Of a stretch of 64,000 nucleotides of DNA, positions 38,008-49,052 are shown piece by piece (the stretch's first letter is position 1; every line of letters starts with the position of its first letter). Source of the DNA: Alphaproteobacteria bacterium. GTDB lineage: Bacteria; Pseudomonadota; Alphaproteobacteria; JANQMY01. The position numbers and the translations under genes were made by a program. The notes below the pieces were generated by a model. That model ran no database searches, had not been told where the DNA came from, and saw nothing but the letters and a program-made list of their open reading frames with translations. The DNA is taken from contig CBDDFL010000002.1 in the NCBI GenBank assembly GCA_965227095.1, positions 1,235,025 through 1,299,024 of the forward strand, given 5' to 3'.

Positions 38008-39219
38008 TTAGCCTTTCACGCACAACACTTGTTTCAGCGTGTGCACGATGTCGACCAGGTCGGCTTGGGCGGCCATGACGGCGTCGATGTCTTTGTAGGC
38101 CGCAGGCGTTTCGTCGATCACGCTTGCGTCTTTCCGGCATTCGACACCTTCGGTGGCCCGCACATGGTCTTCCACCGTGAAGCGGCGTTTGGCTTCCGTC
38201 CGCGACATCACCCGCCCCGCCCCGTGGGAGCAAGACTCGAATGAATGCGCATTGCCTTTACCGCGCACAATAAAGGACCGCTCACCCATGCTGCCCGGAA
38301 TAATGCCGAGGTCGCCCTCGCGGGCCCGCACGGCGCCTTTCCGGGTCACCCAAACGTTTTTGCCAAAATGGTTTTCCCGTTCCACGTAGTTGTGGTGACA
38401 GTTGATTGCCGTTTTGGCCGTTTTGAAGGGCGGCAACAAACCGCGCATCACATGCAGCGTTCGCTCCATCATGATTTCCCGGTTCATCGCGGCATAAGCT
38501 TGCGCCCAACCCACAGCGTCCACATAGGCGTCGAACAAATCGTCTTCTCCTTGGACGAAGTAAGACAAATCTTTGTCTGGCAGATAGTGGTCGAGGAATC
38601 GTTTCTCGATAGACCGGCGCGCCAATTCAATGAACATGCGGCCTATCAAGTTGCCGATCCCGCGGGAGCCGGAATGCAGCATCACCCACACGCGGTCTGC
38701 TTCATCCAAGCAGACTTCGAGGAAGTGGTTGCCGCCGCCGAGCGTGCCGAGCTGTGGCAAAGCTTTGGCTTTTTCCAAACGCGGATGTTTGGCGCGCAGA
38801 TCCTCAAGCGATTGCGCCAGTCCGCTTTCTCGGAACCGGTTGGCGGCGCGATCGGGGACATTTCCCCAATTGCCGCCGCGACCGTTCCCATGCGGAACAG
38901 CTTTCTCGATTGCGGACCGCAACGTAGCCAAACTGTCAGGCAGTTGGTCCGCCGTCAGCGTGGTTTGGGCGGCCATCATGCCACAGCCAATATCCACGCC
39001 CACGGCAGCCGGAATGATCGCGCCTTTCGTTGCAATCACACTGCCGACCGTTGCCCCACGTCCGAAGTGGACGTCCGGCATGGCGGCCACGTGGCTGTGA
39101 ATGAAGGGCAATTCCGCAATGTTCTTCAACTGCGTTTTTGCACCATCTTCCACGGGCACGCCCCGCGTCCACATTTTGATCAGGCCACGATCCGTTTCAA
39201 TAACGTCATAGGAAGACAT
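38008..39219 (-). CDS. rtcB: RNA-splicing ligase RtcB
   Basis: RtcB metal-binding and catalytic motifs (PDVHFG, GVDIGCGM, the GMP-His region SHNYV). AAGGAG SD before the ATG at 39219. Confidence 0.9.
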   Translation of the reverse strand: MSSYDVIETDRGLIKMWTRGVPVEDGAKTQLKNIAELPFIHSHVAAMPDVHFGRGATVGSVIATKGAIIPAAVGVDIGCGMMAAQTTLTADQLPDSLATLRSAIEKAVPHGNGRGGNWGNVPDRAANRFRESGLAQSLEDLRAKHPRLEKAKALPQLGTLGGGNHFLEVCLDEADRVWVMLHSGSRGIGNLIGRMFIELARRSIEKRFLDHYLPDKDLSYFVQGEDDLFDAYVDAVGWAQAYAAMNREIMMERTLHVMRGLLPPFKTAKTAINCHHNYVERENHFGKNVWVTRKGAVRAREGDLGIIPGSMGERSFIVRGKGNAHSFESCSHGAGRVMSRTEAKRRFTVEDHVRATEGVECRKDASVIDETPAAYKDIDAVMAAQADLVDIVHTLKQVLCVKG

Positions 39220-39266
39220 GGCTCTCACTCCTTAAATTCTGCGTTGCCCTTGGAAAAGTCCGCAGC

Positions 39267-39326
39267 GTCGGGAGGGGCCGGACAAACAAAAACCCCTCCC
39301 GCGGACGTCGAGGGAGGGGTTTTTGT
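39267..39326 (-). promoter_or_regulatory. rtcB 5'-leader with mutually exclusive hairpins (terminator-like GGGAGGGG/CCCCTCCC + U-run and alternative upstream pairing)
   Basis: GGGAGGGG at 39270-77 and 39313-20 flank CCCCTCCC at 39293-300. On the minus strand the hairpin is followed by TTTTTGTTTGT, about 60 nt upstream of the rtcB start. Confidence 0.4.
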
Positions 39327-39745
39327 GTCTGCCTATGTGATGGCTACGCCGTCATAGGACAAGGACCCTCCCGCGATCAGATGCAAACCGCTCACAACCT
39401 GGCTGCGATAACGCGCCGGGCTTCACGGTTCCAAACATGTTCTGCAAATTGATTTGCATCGAAAAGGTCCTAAAATTTTTCGGCCAAGGTGCCGATTGGG
39501 CGCGGACTATGATGCCGCATCGGTTCGAAGTCAACCGTAAAATGTCTTTGTGGGAATGTTTTCTTGGATCACCGGATCGGCGCAGACGTTTCGTCTGCTT
39601 GTCCTATGATGACGAAGGCGGTGTGACTTTCCCGTATCGTCATTACCGGTCAAGCGAAGCGTAGACCCGGTAGTCCACGCCAACGGCCCTTCCCATTTGC
39701 GGGAAAACTGCGTTATCCTTCTGTCATAACAAAAATGAGGAGAAG

Positions 39746-40156
39746 ATGATGGCCGTCACCGGACAGTGCCTTTGCGGGCAAATCAAATACGAAATGGATA
39801 ACGCACCGGCCATGCAAGGTGTGTGTCATTGCAAAAATTGCCAACGGCAGGCGGGCTCCGCCTTTTCGACGCTGGCTGGCGTGCCGAAGGCGGAATTCAA
39901 GTTTACCACCGGTCAACCGAAACTCTATGTGGACGGCGACACAAAAAGTGGTAACAAAGTAGAACGCTATTTCTGCGGTACGTGTGGGTCGCCCATCTAT
40001 TCCGCTTTGCCCTCGCAACCGGATACCTTGTTCCTAAAGACAGGCACCATGGATGATACGTCCGGCTTCACCCCCATGTTCCATGTGTGGTGTTCAACCA
40101 AACAGAATTGGGTGCAGTTGGAAGACGGCGTCCCGCAAATGGAAACTCAGTCTTAA
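39746..40156 (+). CDS. GFA (glutathione-dependent formaldehyde-activating enzyme/CENP-V-like) family protein
   Basis: Zn-binding Cys pattern CLCG...CHCKNC...CGTCGSP. GAGGAG SD. Confidence 0.85.
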   Translation: MMAVTGQCLCGQIKYEMDNAPAMQGVCHCKNCQRQAGSAFSTLAGVPKAEFKFTTGQPKLYVDGDTKSGNKVERYFCGTCGSPIYSALPSQPDTLFLKTGTMDDTSGFTPMFHVWCSTKQNWVQLEDGVPQMETQS

Positions 40157-40183
40157 TCCACGAGACGGCCAGGAGTTCAATCA

Positions 40184-41017
40184 ATGAATCATCTCGAAAA
40201 TAAAGTTATCGTCGTCACCGGGGCTGCCGGCGGATTTGGCCGGATCGTCAGCGAAAAAGCGGCGGCGCGGGGGGCGAAGCTTGTCTGCGCCGACATCAAT
40301 GAAAGCGAGCTCAACACAACGGTTACCGGCATCACCTCTGGCAATGGTGCGGCCACGGCGAAAGTGACCGATGTGACGGATCTTGCCCAGATGAAAGCGC
40401 TGGCGGCTCATGCCGTGGAACAATTCGGACGCATTGATGTGATGGTGAATAATGCGGGGGTGATGCCGCTGGCGTTTTATGCGGACCATGAAAACGCTGC
40501 TGAGGCATGGTCGCGCTGCATCGACATCAACTTTAAAGGCGTGCTGAATGGCATCAGCGCCGTGTACGATCAGATGATGGCGCAGGGCCAGGGCCATGTG
40601 GTGAATCTGTCATCGATCTACGGCAATTTTCCGGTGGTCGGCGCGGGCGTTTACGGCGCCACTAAGGCAGCTGTGAATTTTCTGTCAGAGTCACTGCGGG
40701 TGGAATCGCACGGCAAGATCAAAGTCACCATCGTCAAGCCAACCGGCGTGCCGCAGACGGGTTTGTCCGGCGGCGTCGTCAACAGTGAGGCTGTGGTGGG
40801 TATTCTCGGCCAGAACGCCGCCACCTATGGCGACACCATGATGAAAGTCATCATGGGTGAAGCAAGTGCCGAACAGACGGACCCGGACAGCACGCAATAC
40901 GCCGTGCTGAACCCGGACTATCTTGCAGATCAGGTGATCTACGCCATGGATCAGCCCTGGGGGGTGTCCATCGGCGATGTCACCGTGCGCGCCACCGGGG
41001 ATGGGTACATCCTTTAA
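40184..41017 (+). CDS. SDR family oxidoreductase
   Basis: TGAAGGFGR Rossmann motif, NNAG, YGATK catalytic motif. Confidence 0.9.
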   Translation: MNHLENKVIVVTGAAGGFGRIVSEKAAARGAKLVCADINESELNTTVTGITSGNGAATAKVTDVTDLAQMKALAAHAVEQFGRIDVMVNNAGVMPLAFYADHENAAEAWSRCIDINFKGVLNGISAVYDQMMAQGQGHVVNLSSIYGNFPVVGAGVYGATKAAVNFLSESLRVESHGKIKVTIVKPTGVPQTGLSGGVVNSEAVVGILGQNAATYGDTMMKVIMGEASAEQTDPDSTQYAVLNPDYLADQVIYAMDQPWGVSIGDVTVRATGDGYIL

Positions 41018-41024
41018 CGCGACG

Positions 41025-41504
41025 ATGGACTTCAAAATTAGGCTCTATCAGTCAGGTGACGCCGGGGGCATTGCAGAGGTGTTCACGCAATCGGTGGAAG
41101 GGGTGGGCCCCCGCGACTATAGCGCCGACCAAGTGGCCGCTTGGGAAAGCCGCGCGCCGGATATCGACGCGGTACGCGGGCGCTGTGAAGATGGACGAAT
41201 GGTTTGGGTGGCGGTGGACAGTGGGGATCGTCCCATCGCCTATATTGATCTGGAAGCGGACGGTCATTTGGACCATTTATATGCGGCGCCGCAGGCTGTG
41301 GGGCAGGGCGTCGCCGCCGCCCTATACCAGGAATTAGAGGGTCATGCCGTGCGCGAGGGCATCCCCCGCATCTTTGTGGAGGCCAGCGAAGCGGCCAAAC
41401 GTTTCTTTTCTAAGTATGGCTTTACCACCGTGAAACGCCGCGATTTCGAGGTGGCCGGGGTGCCCATGCACAATTACGCCATGGAGAAGGTGCTGTCGCC
41501 TTAG
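41025..41504 (+). CDS. GNAT family N-acetyltransferase
   Basis: GNAT core (LYAAPQAVGQGVAAALY). Start ambiguous: 41001 or 41025. Confidence 0.7.
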   Translation: MDFKIRLYQSGDAGGIAEVFTQSVEGVGPRDYSADQVAAWESRAPDIDAVRGRCEDGRMVWVAVDSGDRPIAYIDLEADGHLDHLYAAPQAVGQGVAAALYQELEGHAVREGIPRIFVEASEAAKRFFSKYGFTTVKRRDFEVAGVPMHNYAMEKVLSP

Positions 41505-41511
41505 AAACTTA

Positions 41512-41628
41512 GCGTCATCCTCGACCCGAAGGGGCGGGGATCCATGGGGCTCTCCGCATTTGAGAATGCCAGTGTGCGTGCCCCATGAAATGCCGCTGGA
41601 TCCCCGCGCTATCGCGCGAGGATGACGA
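41512..41628. repeat. ~117-bp extended palindrome between convergent GNAT and nitronate monooxygenase genes
   Basis: Nested perfect inverted repeats: GCGTCATCCTCG/CGAGGATGACG, GCGGGGATCCA/TGGATCCCCGC, CATGGGGC/GCCCCATG, with a ~28-nt central loop. No T-run. Confidence 0.6.
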
Positions 41629-41636
41629 ACGGTGTA

Positions 41637-42740
<1,104 letters not shown>

Positions 42741-42765
42741 TCAATAATCACGTGAGGGATGGAAA

Positions 42766-44205
42766 ATGGCCGCTTTTAAAGAGTTCGGGAATTATGACGC
42801 TGTGGGCTTGGCGGAATTGGTGGCGCAGAAGGATGTCACGCCGACGGACCTGTTGGACGCCGCCATTGAGCGGGTGGAAGCGGTCAACCCCCAGCTCAAT
42901 GCGGTCACCGCCACCATGTATGACGAAGCCAGGGCGACCATTGAGGCAGGTCCGGCGGAAGGGCCGTTCAAAGGCGTGCCCTATCTGCTCAAAGATTTGT
43001 ATGCAGACTATGCCGGATTTCCCACCACAAATGGCACCAGCCTTTATGATGGCGTGATCCCCGATCACAACACCACCATGGTGGACAAACTTGTGGGGTC
43101 CGGCTTGGTCGTCTTCGGCAAGACCAATACGCCGGAATTTGGTCTCACCGTCACAACGGAACCACGCCGCTTGGGCGCATGCCGCAGCCCCTGGAATACC
43201 GATCATTCCACGGGCGGGTCCAGCGGCGGCGCATCGTCCGCTGTGGGTGCGCGCATGGTCCCGGCGGCGCATGCATCGGATGGCGGCGGATCAATCCGCA
43301 TCCCGGCGGCGTGTGGCGGCGTCTTCGGATTGAAACCCACCCGCGGGCGCATATCCTTGGGGCCCGATCAAGGTGAAGGCTGGGCCGGCATGAGCATGCA
43401 GCATGCGGTGACCATTTCGATCCGCGACAGTGCGGCATTGTTGGATGTGGTGGCAGGACCGGCGCCGGGTGATCCTTATTATCTCGAAAAACCGGCCACA
43501 CCCTTCGCCCAAGCCGTGGGGCAGGACCCGGGCAAGCTGCGGATCGGATTTTCAACCGTGTCGCCTGCGGGCGGCCCCGTCGATGCCGAATGTGTCACGG
43601 CGGTTCAGAACGCGGCGAAGCTGTGTGAGAGCATAGGTCATTCGGTGGAAGACGCGGCCCCCGATTATGATAACGAGCTGATGCGTGCCTCGGCCGGCAC
43701 CATCATCCAGGCCAGTGTGGCATCTACATTGGATGCCGCCCCGTCCTTCCGTGGGCGCGAGGCTACGCCGGAAGATGTGGAATTCACCACCTGGCTGATG
43801 GCGGAGGCGGGGCGGCGCACACCTGCGGCGGACTACGCAACGGCGGTGCGCAACATTCATCTGATCAGCCGCCAAGTGGCGACATTCTTCGAAACCTATG
43901 ATGTGCTGATCATGCCGGTTCTTGCCAAGCCGCCGGCGGCGATCGGACACCTCGACATGAACAGCGAAGATGTGGGGACCTATGTCGGGCGCTTGTTTGA
44001 GTATTCGCCGTTCTGCCAAATGGCGAATGCCACCGGACAGCCGGCCATGTCCGTGCCACTGCACTGGACACCGGAGGGCTTGCCCGTGGGCGTACAGTTC
44101 GTTGGCCGCTATGCAGCGGAAGCAACCCTGTTCCGCTTGGCGGCACAAATGGAACAGGCGCAACCTTGGAAAGACAAAAAGCCACCCGTTTGCGCGGATG
44201 TGTAA
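42766..44205 (+). CDS. Amidase (amidase-signature family)
   Basis: AS signature [13 protein letters not shown] and a Ser-cisSer-Lys triad context. Confidence 0.9.
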   Translation: MAAFKEFGNYDAVGLAELVAQKDVTPTDLLDAAIERVEAVNPQLNAVTATMYDEARATIEAGPAEGPFKGVPYLLKDLYADYAGFPTTNGTSLYDGVIPDHNTTMVDKLVGSGLVVFGKTNTPEFGLTVTTEPRRLGACRSPWNTDHSTGGSSGGASSAVGARMVPAAHASDGGGSIRIPAACGGVFGLKPTRGRISLGPDQGEGWAGMSMQHAVTISIRDSAALLDVVAGPAPGDPYYLEKPATPFAQAVGQDPGKLRIGFSTVSPAGGPVDAECVTAVQNAAKLCESIGHSVEDAAPDYDNELMRASAGTIIQASVASTLDAAPSFRGREATPEDVEFTTWLMAEAGRRTPAADYATAVRNIHLISRQVATFFETYDVLIMPVLAKPPAAIGHLDMNSEDVGTYVGRLFEYSPFCQMANATGQPAMSVPLHWTPEGLPVGVQFVGRYAAEATLFRLAAQMEQAQPWKDKKPPVCADV

Positions 44206-44230
44206 AGATCAAATAGGCGCAGTAACTCTG

Positions 44231-44277
44231 TCACGTCATCCCAGGCTTTATGTGAGTACATTCCTGGGGTGACGGTT
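44231..44277. repeat. Inverted repeat CACGTCATCCCAGG-N17-CCTGGGGTGACGG downstream of the amidase
   Basis: 13-bp arms with one mismatch. Shares the CGTCATCC terminus with the 41512 element. Confidence 0.4.
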
Positions 44278-44655
44278 GTTATAACGGGTACTTAAAAAAC
44301 TCCCCCTACAGATGAATTGTGAAAAACTTGCACCTGTTGCCAAAAAAACACTTGGCGGGTCTGCGTGTCTGTGATACCCGTCAGGCGTGCCCAAGATGCG
44401 GCACGAAAGAAGCGGATAAACCGAATGACAAATGGTTTTACACAAACAGCAGATCATACGATGCACACCGTGCACGTGATGACGCTGATCCGCGCTTGGC
44501 TCGACAAACGTTTCTGTTCCTAGAGAACGCAAACTGAGATCCGGCCGGGCCCGGATCAGCTCCTCAAAACACTAGATTTTCATTGGGATTGCGCCCTTTT
44601 GGTGCTCGCACACCTCCTAGGACACATCCCGCCGACGTTAGAAACGGTTGGAACA

Positions 44656-46752
44656 ATGAGCAGTTCTTTCAGCCGCCGGATGGTTGCGCTCTATTTACAG
44701 CGCCTTGTCCAGCGCACACGCCACGATACGCCCGCCGCGGACCTGATTTTCAATTGGTTCGTCGACAATGGCGCATTCGTGGACATCGACATTCACATAC
44801 CAGCGGAGGACAGTGATGCAGACGAAGAGAAATCGAGAGCCCTTTTTCGCGCAAAGAAAGGCGTCCGCGTGCGCCGCCGGCGTCACGGAGTCCTGCCAAA
44901 AACCTGGCGCGCCCTCGAGGCGGAACTGGGCGCGCGGATTCACGACTATCGCTCGGTTGTTACCGGACAATGGGAAGACAATCTCGTGGCGCTCAGTGGC
45001 GCGCTGGGGTTGGATGAGGTTGAGCAAAGCATCTTCGACTTTGCAGTACGGATCTACTCGGAAGATCCGTTCGAAGATCTGTGCGATGATTTGATCCGCA
45101 AGCGGTATATCTCGAGCAATGCGCTGACGGCGCTTTGCTTGGGCTATACGGAAACCCAAGTGGTTGAAGCCTTGCGTGGGCCTCACTTGATCCCCTGCGG
45201 TCTGATCGACCCGAGCAATAACAGCGACTATTTCGGCTATACCTATCGGCCGGGCTACGAGGTGCATCATGCGCTTTTGCCGCCTCATGAAGGACTGTCG
45301 GCCATTGAAGCCGCATTGTTGGGGCCTTGCCTTAGGGCGGGATTGCTGTGGAACGATTTCGAGCATCTGGGGCGCCAGCGGGATCTCGCACGGGATCTGT
45401 TGGCCGGTGCGGCGCGCACGGGAGCCCGTGGTGTCAATATCCTGCTATATGGCGCACCCGGTACCGGTAAAACAGAGTTTGCCAAAGCGTTGGCGGCGCA
45501 AGCCGGTTTTGAGGTGCATGCGGTTGGCGAATCCAGCAGCGGCAATACAGAGCCGGATCGCAGCGAACGTTTGCAAGCCCTGATGTTGGGGCAACAGCTG
45601 GCACGGTTTCGCCAAGACAAAGCCTTTCTGTTCGATGAAATGGAAGACTTTGTTTATCCGTCCGGATATGGCCGGCGCACGGGGTCGAAAGTGTTCGTCA
45701 ATCGCTTGTTCGAGCACAACCCGGCACCGGTCATCTGGGCCACCAATGATGTGTCGTCGGTGGATCCCGCCTATTTGCGGCGGATGAGCCTGATCGTTGA
45801 AATGAAAGTTCCGCCGATTTCGGTACGGACAAAAATTTTGACGCGGCTCGCCACCAAAGAAGGGCTCGCCCTGTCGGGTGACGAGATCACGCGCATGGCC
45901 CGGCAACATGCAGCCTCTCCGGGCGTGATGGCAACCGCGCTGCGGTCGGCCCATTTGGCCCGGGGGTCTGCGGATGATGTGGAACTGGTGGTGCAAGGCC
46001 TTGCCCGCGTGGTGGATGGCAAACGGTCCGCTCCACGGCGGGACGAACCGGCGGCCTTCGTGGCGGAGCTGGTCAATGGCGACCAAGACATGGTCGCTTT
46101 GGCCGACCGGTTGGCCGCCCCTGGCATGCCGTCTGACTTCTCCTTGTGTCTTTATGGGGCGCCGGGAACGGGGAAGACAGCCTATGTGCGCTACATCGCG
46201 GAGGCCATGGGGTTGGAGGTGATGCACCGCCGGGCATCGGATCTGATCTCTCCCTGGGTGGGGGAGAGCGAAGCCAACATCGCCCGCGCCTTTGCGGACG
46301 CGGCGGAAGCCGGCCAATTCCTGGTGATCGATGAAGCAGACAGCCTGCTGTTCGACCGCCGGGGCGCCACGCGTAGTTGGGAAGTGTCGCAGGTGAACGA
46401 AATGCTCACCTGGATGGAAAGCCATCCGGCACCGTTCGCATGCACCACGAACCTGATGGAGCAGTTGGATCACGCCTCGCTCCGCCGGTTCACGTTCAAG
46501 GTCAAGTTCGACTATTTGACCGCGGATCAAGTGGGGTTGGCGTTCCGGCACTTCTTCGGTGAAGACGCGCCGTCGGGCTTCGGGGCGGAGGTGCAATTGG
46601 CACCGGGTGACTTTGCAGTGGTGGCGCGCAAACTGCGCTACCGGTTGGGTTCGGTCACACCGGCCGAAATTGCGGCGGAGTTGCGGGCGGAAATGGAAGC
46701 CCGGCCTGGCTACAAAGCGCCGTTTGGGTTCGCCCAGCGGGTGAACAAGTAG
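44656..46752 (+). CDS. Tandem classical-AAA ATPase with ~270-aa unique N-terminal domain
   Basis: Two Walker A motifs (LLYGAPGTGKTEF, LCLYGAPGTGKTAY). AAA2 has GESEANIARAF...FLVIDEADSL Walker B and TN sensor-1 with RRF. AAA1 Walker B is degenerate (FLFDEMEDF). ATG at 44656 assumed. Confidence 0.8.
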   Translation: MSSSFSRRMVALYLQRLVQRTRHDTPAADLIFNWFVDNGAFVDIDIHIPAEDSDADEEKSRALFRAKKGVRVRRRRHGVLPKTWRALEAELGARIHDYRSVVTGQWEDNLVALSGALGLDEVEQSIFDFAVRIYSEDPFEDLCDDLIRKRYISSNALTALCLGYTETQVVEALRGPHLIPCGLIDPSNNSDYFGYTYRPGYEVHHALLPPHEGLSAIEAALLGPCLRAGLLWNDFEHLGRQRDLARDLLAGAARTGARGVNILLYGAPGTGKTEFAKALAAQAGFEVHAVGESSSGNTEPDRSERLQALMLGQQLARFRQDKAFLFDEMEDFVYPSGYGRRTGSKVFVNRLFEHNPAPVIWATNDVSSVDPAYLRRMSLIVEMKVPPISVRTKILTRLATKEGLALSGDEITRMARQHAASPGVMATALRSAHLARGSADDVELVVQGLARVVDGKRSAPRRDEPAAFVAELVNGDQDMVALADRLAAPGMPSDFSLCLYGAPGTGKTAYVRYIAEAMGLEVMHRRASDLISPWVGESEANIARAFADAAEAGQFLVIDEADSLLFDRRGATRSWEVSQVNEMLTWMESHPAPFACTTNLMEQLDHASLRRFTFKVKFDYLTADQVGLAFRHFFGEDAPSGFGAEVQLAPGDFAVVARKLRYRLGSVTPAEIAAELRAEMEARPGYKAPFGFAQRVNK

Positions 46753-46817
46753 GTGTTCCGCCGGATCCTGATACGATCTGGCGGGACGGCCGAACTAAGA
46801 CGTAAAGAGGAAGCAAA

Positions 46818-47117
46818 ATGGTCATCGTCGTTTTCAGGTCCCGGATACGCGAGGAAAACGCGGAAGCGTTTCAACTGTTGGCGGATCAGCTCTACGATAT
46901 TGCCACAGCCCTCCCCGGATTCGTCTCCTATAAGGTGTTCCACAATGAGGACGGAGAGAGGGTGTCGATCCATGAATGGGAAACGGCTGCGCATCTGCGC
47001 GCATGGCGGGAACACCCAATCCATAAAGCCGCACAGAAAATGGGTCGAGAAAAGTTCTACGAAAGCTATACTCTACTGGTTTTTGAGAATCCCCGAGAGT
47101 CCCGCTTTTCCGTATGA
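46818..47117 (+). CDS. Antibiotic-biosynthesis-monooxygenase (ABM/Dabb) domain protein
   Basis: ~99 aa ferredoxin-like ABM pattern (VFRSRIREENAEAFQ...GFVSYKVFHNEDGERVSIHEWETAAHLRAWREHP). GAGGAAG SD. Confidence 0.65.
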   Translation: MVIVVFRSRIREENAEAFQLLADQLYDIATALPGFVSYKVFHNEDGERVSIHEWETAAHLRAWREHPIHKAAQKMGREKFYESYTLLVFENPRESRFSV

Positions 47118-48853
47118 CCAAACGCTATTATATCGGCCTTGCCACCACCTTTCATGACCCCGCTTTGGCCATTGTGGGGCCGGACGGGGACGTCTTGTTC
47201 GCCGAAGCGACGGAACGTTTCCTGCAATATAAGCGGGCCGTGAATTGTGAGCCGGACACGGTCACGCGCATGCCGGACCTTCTGAAAGAATATCTGGAAC
47301 CGGATGCAGAGGTGGTGGTCGCCACCACCTGGAGCGAACAGTATACGGATTTCCTGGACCGGAGCGCCGGCGTGGGCCAATTCGATGTATCGGAAATCAC
47401 CAAGCTTCCGGCGGAACTCAATCGGTCTCTCACGCCGATCAAATCTGAGCGGGCGTTGATTTCGCAACTTCATTTAGCCCAGCGGCGTGCGGGGCTCGGC
47501 ATTTTGATCGGACTTGAGCGGGCCTTCGGTCATACCAACATGTCTCTCAGGCGTTACTTGCACCACCAAACTCATGCGGCCTTGGGGTGCTATAGCGCGC
47601 CGTTCGATGACTGCGTGTGTCTCGTGGTCGATGGCATGGGCGAGACCGGGTCCATGGCAATCTTTCAGTATAAAGATGGACAGCTTGACGAAATCCGCCG
47701 TCATCGCGGGCGGGAAAGCCTGGGCTTTATGTTTGGGTTGCTGACGGACATTTGCGGTTTCGATCAATCCAAGGGCGAAGAATGGAAGCTAATGGGTCTC
47801 GCGCCCTATGGCACGCGCGACCCCGAAATGTTTGCGCTGTTGCAGAAGCTTTACACCTTCAAGCGCGGCCAGCTGAAATTCGCCGATGAAGAAACCATTC
47901 GCGCCACGGTGAAAGACGTGCAATCTCGGATACACATTGAGGATTCGAATTCGCTTGAAGCCAAGGATTTCGCGAAAACAAGCCAGGACATTTTCGAAGC
48001 GATCATGGCCGACGTCTTGGCCGGTGTGGAAGCACGCGATCTATCCAAGAATCTTGTGCTGGCGGGGGGCTGTGCCCTCAATTCGTCTTACAACGGCAAA
48101 GTAGTGGGGCGTACGGGATTTGAAAATGTGTATGTCCCATCCGCCCCCGCAGATGATGGCAATGCGCTGGGCGCGGCCTTGTTGGCCTTCCACGAAGATA
48201 ATCCGACAGCGGATAAGACGCCCAAATTCTTGTCCCCTTATCTAGGCACGGCCATCAAAACAGAGCCGGTCGAACGCATTGTGGAAATGGGGTGGGGCGG
48301 AAAAATCCGGCACCTCCCTGGAACGGTCGCGCGAGAAACCGCCAAGCTCTTGGCAGAGGGCGCCCTGATCGGCTGGGTGCAAGGCCGGGCCGAATTCGGC
48401 CCCCGCGCACTCGGCAACCGCTCGATCCTGGCGGATGCCCGGCCGGCGGATGCGAAAGACAAGATCAACGCCAAGGTAAAATACCGTGAAGCTTTCCGGC
48501 CTTTTGCCCCATCCATCCTCGATGAGTATGGGCCGGACTGGTTCGAAGACTACCAATCAAGCCCCTATATGGAACGGACCTTGCGCTTCAAGGAAGACAA
48601 GCGCGCGCTGGTGCCCGCCGTGGTGCATGCGGACGATACGGGTCGTCTGCAATCGGTTCGCCGCGAGTGGAATGAGAAATATTACGATCTCATATCCGCC
48701 TTTAACGACATCACCGGCGTGCCGCTGGTGCTGAACACCAGCTTCAACATTATGGGCAAGCCCATCCTTCATACGGCGGAGGACGCCATCCAAATGCTGC
48801 ACACAACGGGCTTGGACGCGGTGATCATTGAGGATTGGCTGCTGGAAAAGTGA
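47114..48853 (+). CDS. Carbamoyltransferase (NodU/CmcH family)
   Basis: N-terminal Kae1-like YYIGLATTFHDPALAIV and C-terminal NodU/CmcH region. ATGA overlap with the ABM stop gives translational coupling. Confidence 0.8.
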   Translation: MTKRYYIGLATTFHDPALAIVGPDGDVLFAEATERFLQYKRAVNCEPDTVTRMPDLLKEYLEPDAEVVVATTWSEQYTDFLDRSAGVGQFDVSEITKLPAELNRSLTPIKSERALISQLHLAQRRAGLGILIGLERAFGHTNMSLRRYLHHQTHAALGCYSAPFDDCVCLVVDGMGETGSMAIFQYKDGQLDEIRRHRGRESLGFMFGLLTDICGFDQSKGEEWKLMGLAPYGTRDPEMFALLQKLYTFKRGQLKFADEETIRATVKDVQSRIHIEDSNSLEAKDFAKTSQDIFEAIMADVLAGVEARDLSKNLVLAGGCALNSSYNGKVVGRTGFENVYVPSAPADDGNALGAALLAFHEDNPTADKTPKFLSPYLGTAIKTEPVERIVEMGWGGKIRHLPGTVARETAKLLAEGALIGWVQGRAEFGPRALGNRSILADARPADAKDKINAKVKYREAFRPFAPSILDEYGPDWFEDYQSSPYMERTLRFKEDKRALVPAVVHADDTGRLQSVRREWNEKYYDLISAFNDITGVPLVLNTSFNIMGKPILHTAEDAIQMLHTTGLDAVIIEDWLLEK

Positions 48854-49052
48854 TGGATTCGACTGTGACTCTTCGATCGGTTGTCTGATTTCGCTAACCT
48901 TTCGTTTACCAAAAATCTACCCTGTGAGCAGCTTTCAGTTGAGGCGGCTTTACGTTTTCTTAGCCATGATTGTGGACCCTTGGTCTCAAGGACGTCGTGT
49001 TGGTGGACCGCACCGATCCGTCCCGGGGACATCAACGAGGGAGGACCGATCC

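Noticed and set aside
38245-39357. 370-aa plus-strand ORF
   Set aside because: Antisense to rtcB, whose product carries the conserved RtcB motifs. No SD.
44319-44537. 72-aa ORF with CxxC-like pair (CPRCG) upstream of the AAA gene
   Set aside because: GTG start without SD and a single Cys pair only. Retained only as a possible small protein to check by ribosome profiling.
45445-46596. 383-aa minus-strand ORF inside the AAA ATPase gene
   Set aside because: Antisense to a gene with unambiguous Walker A/B motifs. Composition is typical of a spurious GC-rich frame.
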